Notes: generated from the letters alone by a model not told the origin. DNA of 64,000 nt from a bacterium (GCA_018223105.1 JAAEYY010000010.1:34812-98811), one strand, 5' to 3'. Counted from the first letter of the stretch, positions 36,851 to 47,700 are shown. Numbers and translations: made by a program.

Positions 36851-37924
36851 ATGACAGAAAAACTCAGGGTAGGAATAACCGTTGGTGATTTCAATGGAAT
36901 TGGTCCCGAGCTGATATTAAAAACAGTATCGCATGAGACCGTATTGAACTATTGCACCCCTGTTATCTATGCCAGTCCTTATATATTTAAATTTTACACT
37001 CAACATTTAGAGCATCGCGCCCTCGATTTTAATGTAGTACGTAAAGCCGATGATCTCAAAGACAATGTAATAAACCTGAGAAACTGCACCAAAGAACGTT
37101 TGGAGATTACGCCGGGTGAACCCTCAGCGCAGGCGGGTAAAGTGGCTTTAGAGGCCCTGGACCTAGCCATAGAAGACATAAAAAACGGACTGATTCAAAA
37201 CTTACTTACCGCTCCAATAGATAAAAGCACCGTAGCCGAGAATCTCGAAAATTTCTCTGGACATACCGGATATCTCGCCGAGAAACTGGAGTCGGAAGTA
37301 CTCATGATCTTAATGAACGAAGGCCTTAAAGTAGCTATGGTTACGGGTCATACTGCTCTTGAAGAAGTAAGTGCCGGAATTACGCAAGAAAAAATCGTAC
37401 ACAGCCTTAAGAAACTCAACGAAAGCTTAATTACTGATTTTGGTATTCGCAAACCAAAAATTGCGGTATTGGGATTAAACCCTCATTCGGGAGATCGCGG
37501 TTTAATGGGCAATCAAGAAGGGGAATTGATCTCTCCTGCCATAACAGAAGCCCAAGAAGCCGGCATTTTAGCGGTTGGACCCTATGCTCCGGATGGCTTT
37601 TTCGGCTCGGCGGTACGTAAAGAATTCGATGCCGTTTTAGGCATGTATCACGATCAGGTACTCATCCCGTTTAAGCAATTGGCTTTTTCAGACGGCATAA
37701 ATTATACAGCCGGTTTGCCAATGGTAAGAACCTCGCCGGATCACGGAACGGCTTATGACATAGCCGGAAAAGGAGTAGCCGATATTTCTTCTTTTGTAAA
37801 TGCCCTGTTTGAGATCAATAAAATTCACAGAAACCGTTTGGAATACTACGGTGGAAGAGAGTTTTTGCCTTTTAGAGAGCACAGAAGAGAGAAATTCAGC
37901 ATCGGGGTTCCCGATTTAAACTAG
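36851..37924 (+). CDS. pdxA: 4-hydroxythreonine-4-phosphate dehydrogenase
   Basis: GDFNGIGPE, TAPIDK, GHTGYL, GLNPHSG, MYHDQ, RTSPDHGTA. Confidence 0.95.
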   Translation: MTEKLRVGITVGDFNGIGPELILKTVSHETVLNYCTPVIYASPYIFKFYTQHLEHRALDFNVVRKADDLKDNVINLRNCTKERLEITPGEPSAQAGKVALEALDLAIEDIKNGLIQNLLTAPIDKSTVAENLENFSGHTGYLAEKLESEVLMILMNEGLKVAMVTGHTALEEVSAGITQEKIVHSLKKLNESLITDFGIRKPKIAVLGLNPHSGDRGLMGNQEGELISPAITEAQEAGILAVGPYAPDGFFGSAVRKEFDAVLGMYHDQVLIPFKQLAFSDGINYTAGLPMVRTSPDHGTAYDIAGKGVADISSFVNALFEINKIHRNRLEYYGGREFLPFREHRREKFSIGVPDLN

Positions 37925-38063
37925 CAGAGGCTTAGCACCTTAGATGATATTTCCGGCAAATCGTAAGAAAACCTTCTAAAATCCTTAGATTTGAGGATAC
38001 AGGCGTTTTATTGAAAATGTGCTTGGAAACAAGCATAAGGTTTTGTAGTGATAGTACAAAACA

Positions 38064-39470
38064 ATGAAGGGAAGTGCACCTTACAAAGAACTCATAGATG
38101 ATATCCACGGCGTTATTGTCTTTTTGGTAGAGCCTGATGAATTTGGGGTCTGGAGGATACAGCATGCTTCAAAGCAAGTAGAGGTAGTAACAGATTGTTC
38201 GGTAGATCAAATTGTGGGCAAGAAACCACTGGATCTTTATCCTGTTCCTATTCAGCACTTAGACCAGGTTCAACACTTACAAGAGTCCTGGGATCGCTGC
38301 ATTCAAAGCAAAAAACCTTTAATTTTTTCCGAAAACCTTACTTTCAGCAATAATAAAAGCGAAACCTGGTGGCAGTCTACCTTAAACCCTATTTTAAATG
38401 AGGAGGGTGAGGTGGTCCGCATCATTTATTGCGCCATAAACATCACAGAACAACGAAAGATTGAGCAATTATTAAGGCAAAGCGAACAGAAGTTCAAAAC
38501 CATAGTGAATGATCAAACGGAAATGATTGTTCGTTGGCAGCCCGGTGGGATCCGAACTTTCGTAAACAAGGCCTACTGCAAAGAATTTGGTCTGAGTATG
38601 GAAGAAGCCATTGGAACTTCCTTTTACAAACAGGTGAATGAAGAATATTTAGACTTAGTAAAAGAAAGGATTGAAAACTTGAGTCTGGAGCAGCCTGTTT
38701 CTACCGCATCGCATATGGTGAAACTGGATGATGGTAGCAGGGTGTGGCAGGAGTGGACAGATAGAGCGTTTTTTGATGAGGATGGAGAAGTGATAGATTA
38801 TCAAAGTACCGGAAGGAATATTACGGATATGGTGGTCCAAAATCAAAAGACACTGGAACAGGTTTATGAATCCGTAGAGTCTGAAAGAAGCAGAATTGCT
38901 GCGGACATTCATGATGGATTAGGTCAGAAGCTTACTGCAGCGCTCTTTACTGCCCGCTCTTTATTTCTCAATGAGCAAAGTAAACAAGGCTTAAAGGAAG
39001 AACTTGTTGAGATATTGAAAGAAGCATTAGACGAGTCTAGAACCATTGCGAGGAGCATGATTCCCAAGAGTGTGGAAGAGTTTGGACTAGAAGCCTCGCT
39101 TCGCGATTTAATGTCGCATACAGAAATGAGCACCGGCATAAAAACAGAGGTTGAGATTAAGACTAAGAATCAGCGCCTACCGATAATGTTTGAAAAGCAT
39201 TTGTTTAGGATAGCACAAGAAGCGGTGACCAATGCAATAAAGCATGCAGAGGCATCTACTTTAAGTATGAAGTTTAAAGAAGACGAGCATAGTTTATGGA
39301 TGCAAGTGAAAGACGATGGTATTGGTATTGATATTGTGGGTAAGGAGGAGGAAACTACCCTGGGATTGCGCAGCATTGAAAACAGGATAAATTTACTTAA
39401 TGGTAGTGTCAATATCTCCAGAAATTCGCCGCAAGGCACAACCGTAGACGTTAAAGTTCCCTTAGAATGA
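38064..39470 (+). CDS. Cytoplasmic PAS sensor histidine kinase (HisKA_3)
   Basis: Two PAS/PAC, ERSRIAADIHDGLGQ, QEAVTNAIKHA, DDGIG, GLRSI. Confidence 0.92.
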   Translation: MKGSAPYKELIDDIHGVIVFLVEPDEFGVWRIQHASKQVEVVTDCSVDQIVGKKPLDLYPVPIQHLDQVQHLQESWDRCIQSKKPLIFSENLTFSNNKSETWWQSTLNPILNEEGEVVRIIYCAINITEQRKIEQLLRQSEQKFKTIVNDQTEMIVRWQPGGIRTFVNKAYCKEFGLSMEEAIGTSFYKQVNEEYLDLVKERIENLSLEQPVSTASHMVKLDDGSRVWQEWTDRAFFDEDGEVIDYQSTGRNITDMVVQNQKTLEQVYESVESERSRIAADIHDGLGQKLTAALFTARSLFLNEQSKQGLKEELVEILKEALDESRTIARSMIPKSVEEFGLEASLRDLMSHTEMSTGIKTEVEIKTKNQRLPIMFEKHLFRIAQEAVTNAIKHAEASTLSMKFKEDEHSLWMQVKDDGIGIDIVGKEEETTLGLRSIENRINLLNGSVNISRNSPQGTTVDVKVPLE

Positions 39471-40117
39471 GCAAGAATGGCAAAATAAAAGTTCTCATTG
39501 CAGACGATCATCAATTGGTGAGAAGAGGGATTGTGGATTTACTCGCTACAGCGGATGATATAGAGGTAATTGAAGAGGCGATTAACGGAGCACAGGCCGC
39601 TGCACTGGCTATAAACGAAGAGGTGGATATTTTGATGCTCGACATTAACATGCCTGAAAAAAGTGGCATGACCGTAGCCCGAGAAGTACGGGAGGTAAAG
39701 CCTCATTTGCCCATCTTGTTTTTAAGCATGCACGAGGAGCCGGCCTATGTGAAAGCTGCATTACAAGCCGGCGCGAATGGATATTTGTTAAAAAACTGTA
39801 GTCTGGAAGATTTGTTGGATGCGGTTAGAACCTTGTATAAAGGAAATAATTACTTCAGCCGGGAAATTACACAGTTGGCCATGGAGCAATTTATGGATGG
39901 CGCTAAGCAGGCGGATGAGGTTCAGATTACGGCGCGAGAAAAGCAAATTTTAAAACTCATTCTCCAACAGTATAGTAATCAAGAGATTGCAGAAGAGCTT
40001 AAAATCAGCGTAAAAACCGTTGAAGTTCACAAGCGTAACCTCATAGAAAAAACACATTCTAAAAACATTGTAGGCCTAATAATCTGGGCGGGTAATCAAG
40101 ATTTCTTAAAAGACTAA
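39467..40117 (+). CDS. NarL/LuxR-family response regulator
   Basis: IADDH, LDINMP, GYLLK, TAREKQIL..NQEIAEEL.IS.KTVEVH. Confidence 0.94.
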   Translation: MSKNGKIKVLIADDHQLVRRGIVDLLATADDIEVIEEAINGAQAAALAINEEVDILMLDINMPEKSGMTVAREVREVKPHLPILFLSMHEEPAYVKAALQAGANGYLLKNCSLEDLLDAVRTLYKGNNYFSREITQLAMEQFMDGAKQADEVQITAREKQILKLILQQYSNQEIAEELKISVKTVEVHKRNLIEKTHSKNIVGLIIWAGNQDFLKD

Positions 40118-40257
40118 AACCCCTAAGGGAATCCCTTAGTTGTGTTTAATGGAAATCCTGAGTAAAAATGTTTAAAAAATAATCATCATTGCAGTACAAT
40201 TAGACTAAGCATTCGAAAATTTACCACCTACCCAAGAGTAAATGATTGAGAGGGACT

Positions 40258-42468
40258 ATGATGGAAAACAATGTTAGGCTAGAAGGGGGAAGAAACGATA
40301 AGGCTTTTCTGGCAGATTTATACGGCACTCACTTTATGAAGTTACGAGCCAATGGCACAATTTCATTTGTAAGTGACGAGATGGCTAAGTTGCTCTGTCA
40401 TGAACCGGAGCATTTACGCAATTTAAATTTGTTCGATCTGATTATTCAGGTGGATACAAGTGACAGGGTATATAGACTACCCGAAGATTTGGAGGCGGAG
40501 TCTTCCATTTTGTTTAAGGAAGCGCTGCTAAGGAAAGCAGATGGAGAAGGCGTTTGGGTAGCCATGCGCATTGTAGAGCAGTCTTTGCTCGAAGATGAAA
40601 AGACCTATGTAGCGATTTGTACCAATATTCATCCCTATATTGAAGATCGATCTCAGCTCAGCGAGTGGAAGAAGTTTTTTAAGCAGATTGTTGAGGTAAA
40701 CCGAGATCCTATTTTGCTCTTCGACCAACAATTTAAGATCATTTACATCAGCAGTTCTATTGAGCAGCTGCTAGGTGTTTCTACGAACCACTATTACCAT
40801 AAGCACATTACGGAGATCTTTTTTCCGAAAGATCGTCATCTTATAGAAGAAGCCATTGCTAAACTAGAACAGCATCCGGAAGCTTTGGAGCGTTTTGAAG
40901 GCAGGCTTCTCACAGTGAATAATCAAAGCAGATTCTGCAGATTCACGGTGTCGGATCAGCGTGAGCTAGAAGAAATCAATGGCTATGCGCTTTACATAAA
41001 AGATCAGGACAGTGCTGAAAAAGCGCGTCAGCTTCAGCTGATGAGCGAGCAGAAGCTACAACATATTTTGAGTGTAATGCCGGGTGCAATTTTCAGTATG
41101 AAGGTAAGTGGCAGCGGTAAACCTATAATTAATTATGTTAGCGAAGGCATAGAGGGTATTACAGGATACAAGAATGACCAGTATATGCATGCTGAGTTGA
41201 GCTATTTTGTACATCCCGGAGACTGGCCAAAGTTTAAAAAGAAACTATCTGAATGTGAGGATGCCATTAGAACGGTGCAGATGGAATTTAGAACCTACCA
41301 TAAAAACGGTTCCATAGTATGGTTAGGCGCTATTGCAACCGGAGTTCTCAATGAAAAAGGAGAATTGGAATTTAGTGGTTCACTGCAGGATGTTACATTT
41401 AGAAAACGATCTCAGGAACTACTAGAAGATGCTCTGCACAGAATGAAGGTTGTTTCTGATATTAGTAATGATGCCATTTGGGACTGGGATGTTGTATCGG
41501 ATGAATGTTTTTATGGTGAAGGTTACGCAAAATTATTTGGCTACGATCCATGTAGTCCGGAATTTTTGGCTCAGGATTGGCGACATAGGATTCACCCTGA
41601 AGATTTGGAGTGTGTAAACGCAAAGTTTGAACAAGCCATTAACGACACCAGCGCTAGTATCTGGGAAGCCACGTATCGCTATTTAAAGGTAGATGGTAGC
41701 TACGCGCATGTTTACGGAAAAGCGAGGATTTTAAGAAATTTTGAGGGAATGCCCTTGAGGATGGTCGGTGCGGTATCTGATTTAAGTGATAAAAAGCAAA
41801 GTGATAAGGCATTAGAAGAGATGAATCAGCTGCTGAAGCAACAAACTTACGAGTTGCAAGAAGCGAATCGAAAGCTGAATGAAACTAAGATGCATTATAA
41901 GCAGATGTTTCAGATAAGTCCATTGCCAAAGTACATATATGATGTGCAGAGTTTGCAGATTTTAGATGCCAATGAAGCAGCCATTCGTTTTTATGGTTAT
42001 ACGGCTGCTGAATTTAAATCGATGAGAGTATCAGATTTCACATTGCCTTGTGAAGATAATGATGAAGTTGGAGCGCTGAGAAGCTTGGCCAGCAAGGGCT
42101 TTAACCCTCAAGCTATGCATCAACAAATTACCAAGAGCGGCAAAAATGTTACGGTGGAAATAAGTACCGTTAAAATGAAATTTAACGAACATCCTGCGGA
42201 GATGGTGGTGGTGAAGGATATAACCAGTAGAATGGAGTATACCCGTAAAATTGATCTTCAAAACAAGAAACTAAAGGATATCGCCTGGACCCAGGCCCAT
42301 GTAGTAAGAGCGCCATTGGCGAATATTATGGGTTTAGTAGACTTACTTCAGGGGAGTGAGGATGCTGAGGAAAATAAAAAGTTTATTGGAATGATTGGAG
42401 AGTCGGCGCATAAGCTGGATCAAGCGATAAAGGATGTAGTAATGTTATCTACAGAAGACAAAAAATAA
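40258..42468 (+). CDS. Multi-PAS protein ending in a HisKA domain with no ATPase domain
   Basis: About five PAS/PAC repeats (VHPGD, IHPED); ends shortly after AWTQAHVVRAPLANIMGL. Confidence 0.85.
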   Translation: MMENNVRLEGGRNDKAFLADLYGTHFMKLRANGTISFVSDEMAKLLCHEPEHLRNLNLFDLIIQVDTSDRVYRLPEDLEAESSILFKEALLRKADGEGVWVAMRIVEQSLLEDEKTYVAICTNIHPYIEDRSQLSEWKKFFKQIVEVNRDPILLFDQQFKIIYISSSIEQLLGVSTNHYYHKHITEIFFPKDRHLIEEAIAKLEQHPEALERFEGRLLTVNNQSRFCRFTVSDQRELEEINGYALYIKDQDSAEKARQLQLMSEQKLQHILSVMPGAIFSMKVSGSGKPIINYVSEGIEGITGYKNDQYMHAELSYFVHPGDWPKFKKKLSECEDAIRTVQMEFRTYHKNGSIVWLGAIATGVLNEKGELEFSGSLQDVTFRKRSQELLEDALHRMKVVSDISNDAIWDWDVVSDECFYGEGYAKLFGYDPCSPEFLAQDWRHRIHPEDLECVNAKFEQAINDTSASIWEATYRYLKVDGSYAHVYGKARILRNFEGMPLRMVGAVSDLSDKKQSDKALEEMNQLLKQQTYELQEANRKLNETKMHYKQMFQISPLPKYIYDVQSLQILDANEAAIRFYGYTAAEFKSMRVSDFTLPCEDNDEVGALRSLASKGFNPQAMHQQITKSGKNVTVEISTVKMKFNEHPAEMVVVKDITSRMEYTRKIDLQNKKLKDIAWTQAHVVRAPLANIMGLVDLLQGSEDAEENKKFIGMIGESAHKLDQAIKDVVMLSTEDKK

Positions 42469-42509
42469 AACCATGTATAAAGAATTGCAGTGAGAATCAT
42501 TGCAGCTCC

Positions 42510-42545
42510 AGGCCGGGATTGTGGTAGGTTCCGGCCTATTTTTTT
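42510..42545 (+). terminator. Intrinsic terminator
   Basis: AGGCCGGGA...TTCCGGCCT followed by ATTTTTTT. Confidence 0.75.
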
Positions 42546-42790
42546 GGTTAAAATTTAGCTCCAAATAGTAATGTTATTGGGGTATCTGCCAAGTTGAGCC
42601 AAAGGCTTCACTAAGAATAATACATAGTTTTAGTTCAGTTGATGCTAGCCCTGTTTTTAACAAATATCTAGCTTAGGATCAGGTGCTTATATTTTGCTAT
42701 TTTCAACAGCATGTAGTGATTCAGGTGTATAAATGCAAAGCGGCGTTTTAAAAGAATTTTCTATTTTCGGCAGCCTAACAACCGTTAATT

Positions 42791-43690
42791 ATGATTAGAA
42801 TCAAACTAGTTTTACTTGCCATTACCCTGCTGGCAACCCTCAATCTTAAGGCTCAAGTCTCGGGCTATCCTAATGTACAATCTGATGACATCAGCACAAA
42901 ACCCATGTGGTATGCTTTGAATATTCCGATAACATTACCCGGTGCTATTGGGCTTACTTTTCAAGCACAACACATTAAACCCAACTCTATTTATGCCAAT
43001 GTAAATGGAGGAGTGGGTTATATATTTAACTTGAGTCAGGCATATGTAGAAGAGAAAAACAAAAACTTTAAACCCATGGGAAGCGTGGAGTTTGGTTATG
43101 CCTTGGGCATAGGAAAACGAGGAAATAGCAGAAAACTATTAACCGGTGAATATGAATATATGGGCGATGGAAATACAGGCCAGAAATACTATGGCATATC
43201 TGTTCCACATCATGTACTCTTAATTCCGGTGGTTGGGTTCAATTACGATCCAATTGTAGCAAAAGTTAGCTCCTATAGTAACAGAGTTGTTGGAAATAAA
43301 GGTCGATACTCTGTAGCTTTACCTTCCTTAAATTTTGGCGTGAAGCTTTTTGGTGCTAATAGGACCAGTTTGAAGTTTAAGGATTCAAAATCGGGAGAGG
43401 TGTATGAAGGAGTAACCCAGCAACTCGGTGGTATCTATGCCGGGGTGAAGTTTGCATTGAGTAGCGAGTTAGAAGTACCAAATGGGTTTACCTCCATTTT
43501 AAAGTCTCAAGGACCCAGCTTTGAGCTTTACGGAATTTTGCCTGCTTATTTGAATAGTTCAGGGACTGCCGGCTTTGGAATTAGGAGTGTTCCCTATACT
43601 CGGGATGCTACATTAAAACCCGGAAGTACTGAACGCATCAGCACAAGTGCGGGATATCAGTTGTTTATTAATTACTGTATTTATCTGTAG
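42791..43690 (+). CDS. Hypothetical secreted/outer-membrane protein
   Basis: Signal peptide (LKAQ), alternating beta-strand pattern. Confidence 0.7.
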   Translation: MIRIKLVLLAITLLATLNLKAQVSGYPNVQSDDISTKPMWYALNIPITLPGAIGLTFQAQHIKPNSIYANVNGGVGYIFNLSQAYVEEKNKNFKPMGSVEFGYALGIGKRGNSRKLLTGEYEYMGDGNTGQKYYGISVPHHVLLIPVVGFNYDPIVAKVSSYSNRVVGNKGRYSVALPSLNFGVKLFGANRTSLKFKDSKSGEVYEGVTQQLGGIYAGVKFALSSELEVPNGFTSILKSQGPSFELYGILPAYLNSSGTAGFGIRSVPYTRDATLKPGSTERISTSAGYQLFINYCIYL

Positions 43691-43743
43691 GTTTGCTCTG
43701 CTAAGGACATCTCTACCATTCAAATGGCAGGGATTAGCTTGAA

Positions 43744-44076
43744 ATGCAGACATTCATACACTACTTTTTACATATAGGATTCCCCTTTTTTATTGCTTGC
43801 TTTTTCAGGAAGGACTGGAAAAAGGTCTATTTAATTCTACTTTCAACCATGCTGGTTGATTTAGACCATCTGTTTGCAGACCCAATTTTTCAGGCGGATA
43901 GATGCAGTATCAATTTTCATCCCTTGCATACCTATTATGCCATGATCTTGTATGTAGCACTGCTCTTTTTTCGCAAACCGTTTAATATTATTGGAATAGG
44001 ATTGTTGCTTCATATGCTCACGGATTTTATAGACTGTTTGTGGATGTTTTCGGACTGTAAAAGCTGCTGGCTATAG
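43744..44076 (+). CDS. DUF6122 family membrane protein
   Basis: HYFLH, TMLVDLDHL.ADPIF...RCSINFHPLH, HMLTD. Confidence 0.85.
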   Translation: MQTFIHYFLHIGFPFFIACFFRKDWKKVYLILLSTMLVDLDHLFADPIFQADRCSINFHPLHTYYAMILYVALLFFRKPFNIIGIGLLLHMLTDFIDCLWMFSDCKSCWL

Positions 44077-44257
44077 AGCTCTTAAGGTCGGTGTCGGCTG
44101 GATGAGGTTTGTGAGAAGAGCGTTCTTTAATGGTCTTAATGTTTCATTTATGAACTGCAATAATCTTTGAATTAGATTTTTTTAGTGATTACAAGTATTT
44201 CTAGAACAGTAAATTAAGTCAAGCTTCTTTATTACCTTCGGGACTCAATTCTAATCT

Positions 44258-44866
44258 ATGAGAAATGCTGCTAAAATTCGCTGGGTTGTAAGTATTCTAC
44301 TCATCTTTTTCGTTGTTATGATTACCAACTTAATCGATAAAGAAAATTTTGATCGCCTCAGTTCGTCTGTTACTACCATGTATGAAGATAGAATCGTGGC
44401 TAGCGACTTGCTCTTTGAAATGTCGAAAATCTTGCATGAACAAGAGATTGCCATTCTCACTTCGGATTCTGCAACAATAAGCACTGAACAAAAGGGATAC
44501 CAGGAGGATCTGGCACAATTAGCAGCTAAATATCGGGAAACAAAACTCACCGAAAAAGAGAGTTTATTGTTTCAAAAAGTGCAAGAAGAGTTTGAGTTCT
44601 TGAAGCAAAACGAGATGCAAAACTCTGCTGCAGCAAAGGAGGAAGCTTTAAAAAGTATAAACAAGATAGACGATCATTTATATGATCTTTCTAAGATTCA
44701 AATACAAGAGGGTCGGCGACAAGTTTTTATCAGCGACAAAGCTAAAGACAGCATAGAACTGTTTACTCAGGCTGAAATCATCTTCTTGATTATCATAGCC
44801 ATACTAATTCAAGTGATCATTTTGTACAAACCAAAAGATCAAAGGGAAACTGAAACATTGGATTGA
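44258..44866 (+). CDS. MCP four-helix-bundle ligand-binding membrane protein (no signalling domain)
   Basis: Two TM segments flanking SVTTMYEDR...LSKIQIQEG. Confidence 0.8.
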   Translation: MRNAAKIRWVVSILLIFFVVMITNLIDKENFDRLSSSVTTMYEDRIVASDLLFEMSKILHEQEIAILTSDSATISTEQKGYQEDLAQLAAKYRETKLTEKESLLFQKVQEEFEFLKQNEMQNSAAAKEEALKSINKIDDHLYDLSKIQIQEGRRQVFISDKAKDSIELFTQAEIIFLIIIAILIQVIILYKPKDQRETETLD

Positions 44867-44931
44867 GCTAGATTGAACAAAATCTGATTTTTTCTTACCT
44901 TGCTTCGCGAAATTAACACCCCATTTAAATC

Positions 44932-46080
44932 ATGAAATCAACCTTTATTATTCTTAGCCTGTTCACCTTTTCCTTTATCGCTACTGCTCAAAACGTGAAT
45001 ATTCCGGATGCAAAGTTTAAGAGTGCATTACTTGCTCATTCACCAACAATTGATGCCAATAGCGATAATGAAATTTCAACGGCAGAAGCAGCCGCGTTTG
45101 CAGGTGAACTCGAAATTCTGTACAAAGGAATAGAAGATCTTACGGGTATTGAAAGTTTTGTGAATATAACCGGTTTGAATTGCACCGGGAATAAGCTAGA
45201 AAGTATAGACCTCAGCAGCAACACTAAATTAGAGGAATTTTCTTGTGGCTCAAATTTGTTGACTAGCTTAGACATGTCGGGCAACCCAGCTTTGACAAGG
45301 TTGAGTTGTCCTCAGAATCAGATCAAAACATTGAATATTTCAAGTAACATAAATTTAGAGTTTCTGGCATGTGGTACAAATAGGCTGACAAGCTTAGACC
45401 TGAGCGGTAATTTAGCCTTAACGGATGTATATATATTCCTGAATGAGTTAAGCTATTTGGATGTTTCAGAGAATGTAGCATTAGTGAATTTGAATTGTAG
45501 TGAAAATTACAGTTTAACAGGGATAAAAGTATCAGATAAAAACACCGCATTAGAATATATTAAATGCGATAACTGTAGTATTAAGGCGCTGAAGTTGAAT
45601 GGGTTAAGTTCGTTAGAGCAACTTCTTGCAGAGGATAATGACCTGAATTATTTAAATATTGCTAATGGGAATAACACAAATCTCACCAAATTGTGGGTTT
45701 ATGACAATCCGGACCTAGGTTGTATTCAGGTAGATGATTCCGCCTATAGTAGAATTAATTGGGAAGACACCAAAGACATCGATAATCCCTTCAAATACAA
45801 TGGGGATGTGTATTTCAGTGAGATGTGCGAGAATACTACTTCAGTATTTGGTACCTCGGCTCAAGATGAAGTAGATTTTTACCCGAACCCGACTCATGGG
45901 TTGATCTACTTTGAAGGATTGGTAAATGCTCAGGTGATAAATATATCTGGACAAATTGTAGCTGAAGGTGCCGCAGTAAATACAATGGATATATCGAACT
46001 TGATTTCAGGCATTTACATCCTGGAATTAAGAGACCGAGATGGGAAGGTAATTGCCCGATCTAAGGTTTTCAAGCAATAA
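44932..46080 (+). CDS. Leucine-rich-repeat protein with T9SS type A sorting domain
   Basis: NIPDAKFK, repeated LxCxxNxLxSLDLSxN, FYPNPT...SGIYIL CTD. Confidence 0.9.
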   Translation: MKSTFIILSLFTFSFIATAQNVNIPDAKFKSALLAHSPTIDANSDNEISTAEAAAFAGELEILYKGIEDLTGIESFVNITGLNCTGNKLESIDLSSNTKLEEFSCGSNLLTSLDMSGNPALTRLSCPQNQIKTLNISSNINLEFLACGTNRLTSLDLSGNLALTDVYIFLNELSYLDVSENVALVNLNCSENYSLTGIKVSDKNTALEYIKCDNCSIKALKLNGLSSLEQLLAEDNDLNYLNIANGNNTNLTKLWVYDNPDLGCIQVDDSAYSRINWEDTKDIDNPFKYNGDVYFSEMCENTTSVFGTSAQDEVDFYPNPTHGLIYFEGLVNAQVINISGQIVAEGAAVNTMDISNLISGIYILELRDRDGKVIARSKVFKQ

Positions 46081-46142
46081 GAAAAAAAGCGTTAGAACAA
46101 TGATTCAATCTGCTTTAAAGTCACGTTAATGAATACAATAAA

Positions 46143-46447
46143 ATGCAAGAAGATTTTTGGATTGAGCTAAGCAGAGAAGAGAAAGATGAAATAAGACTGG
46201 GTTTGCATCAATTGGATCAAGGAGAAGGTATTACACCAGAAGAGTTTATGAAAAATTGTCATGATTTGGCCGTATTAAAATTACCGTATCCCCTGTTGCC
46301 GCGTTTAAGTTAGAGCGGATTTTAGAGTATTTGAAGCAAGAGTGGTCTGGGAAGGTAAAAAGACAATTTTTAGAAAAACTCAACTCGAGAATGAATCAAA
46401 TTTCAAGATTTCCAAGAAGCTTTCCGGAATCTCAATCAATGCATTAA
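46143..46447 (+). pseudogene. Decayed antitoxin plus RelE/ParE toxin pair
   Basis: 46143: MQEDFWIELSREEKDEIRLGLHQLDQGEGITPEEFMK (antitoxin C-terminal-like). 46274-46447: IKITVSPVAAFKLERILEYLKQEWSGKVKRQFLEKL..QISRFPRSFP* (N-terminal half of ParE-like toxin, no start). Confidence 0.7.
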
Positions 46448-46451
46448 TATT

Positions 46452-46829
46452 ATGAACACTGAAGTTACCCGGTTCTTAGATGAACAAAATCATCCATTAA
46501 GAGCAGAGATAGAACGATTGAGAGAGATTATCATTTCTTCGGTTTCGGGGTTGAGTGAAAATATTAAGTGGAATGGTCCGAATTACAGCTTTGAGGGTGC
46601 CGACCGGATTTCAATGAAGATTCAGCCTCCCAAGCAAATTCAAATCATCTTCCATCGCGGAGCAAAAAAACAAGACCAGCCTAAAGAAAAACTGATTCAG
46701 ACAAACACTAAACTGTTGACCTGGAAAGAAAATGACAGGGCAATTGCTACTTTTAAGAGTGCTGCTGACATTCAGGAATATGAACCCGACCTGAGAGCGG
46801 TAGTTGCAGCATGGATAGGAACTAGCTAA
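46452..46829 (+). CDS. DUF1801 domain protein
   Basis: HPLRAEIERLR, ENIKWNGPNY, IFHRGAK. Confidence 0.85.
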   Translation: MNTEVTRFLDEQNHPLRAEIERLREIIISSVSGLSENIKWNGPNYSFEGADRISMKIQPPKQIQIIFHRGAKKQDQPKEKLIQTNTKLLTWKENDRAIATFKSAADIQEYEPDLRAVVAAWIGTS

Positions 46830-46854
46830 GAAGTCGAAAATTTTCACAAATCTA

Positions 46855-46904
46855 TTGCGCAACCAAATAACTGCATTTATATTTGCAGTCAAATAGCTGC
46901 GCAA
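46855..46904. promoter_or_regulatory. ArsR-type operator pair around -7 promoter
   Basis: GCAACCAAATAACTGC and GCAGTCAAATAGCTGC flank TATATTTG (46878-46885); the whole block is bounded by TTGCGCA/TGCGCAA. Confidence 0.65.
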
Positions 46905-47224
46905 TGAAACTGAGAAGAGATGTATTTCAAGCAATTGCAGATCCTACACGCAGGACCATCATAACTATGCTGGCTGCAAGTGCTATGACACCCACTGCAA
47001 TCGCTGAAAATTTTGATTATTCAAGGCAAACTATTTCCAAGCACATTCAAATTCTTACCGAATGTGAGATTGTAGAACAAGAGCAAAAAGGGCGAGAAAT
47101 TTACTACCAATTGAACCCGGAAGGAATGAAGGAGATTGCAGATTTTATAGAACCTTTTAGAAAATTCTGGGATGAGCGTTTTAATAAGCTCGAGGCATTG
47201 ATGAAGCAACAAAAACCGAAGTGA
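46904..47224 (+). CDS. ArsR/SmtB family transcriptional regulator
   Basis: [32 protein letters not shown]; start placed at ATG 46904. Confidence 0.92.
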   Translation: MKLRRDVFQAIADPTRRTIITMLAASAMTPTAIAENFDYSRQTISKHIQILTECEIVEQEQKGREIYYQLNPEGMKEIADFIEPFRKFWDERFNKLEALMKQQKPK

Positions 47225-47229
47225 AAATT

Positions 47230-47700
47230 ATGGAACAAAAGACCAAAGTACATGCAGAAGAAGGCAAGCAGGAGCTCAGCATTTCTAGAGTATTTGAGAT
47301 CCCGGTTCATTTGCTTTTTAGGGCATACACCGAAGCTGATCTTATAGAACAATTTATGGGAAATACCGTATTGAAATTGGAAAACAAAGCGCATGGGAGT
47401 TATCTGTTTGAGAAGAAAGACGAGCTTGGAAATGTACTGTTTAGAGCCAATGGCTGTATCCATTCCATAATTCCAAATCAGCAGATTATAAGGACTTTTG
47501 AAATGGAGAATACTTCATTTCCACCACAATTAGAATTCTTGAGTTTTGAGGAAATCGCGGCTGATAAAAGCGAGCTCAAAGTAAAAATTGTATTTAAGTC
47601 GGAAACAGACCGAGACAATCAGCTCAAATTACCCTTTGAGTATGGTCTGAATATGGCCCATGATCAACTTCAACATGTAATTAACAAACTATCAGAATGA
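47230..47700 (+). CDS. SRPBCC/AHSA1 domain protein
   Basis: ISRVFEIPV.LLFRAYT, IIRTFEME; typical ArsR partner. Confidence 0.85.
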   Translation: MEQKTKVHAEEGKQELSISRVFEIPVHLLFRAYTEADLIEQFMGNTVLKLENKAHGSYLFEKKDELGNVLFRANGCIHSIIPNQQIIRTFEMENTSFPPQLEFLSFEEIAADKSELKVKIVFKSETDRDNQLKLPFEYGLNMAHDQLQHVINKLSE

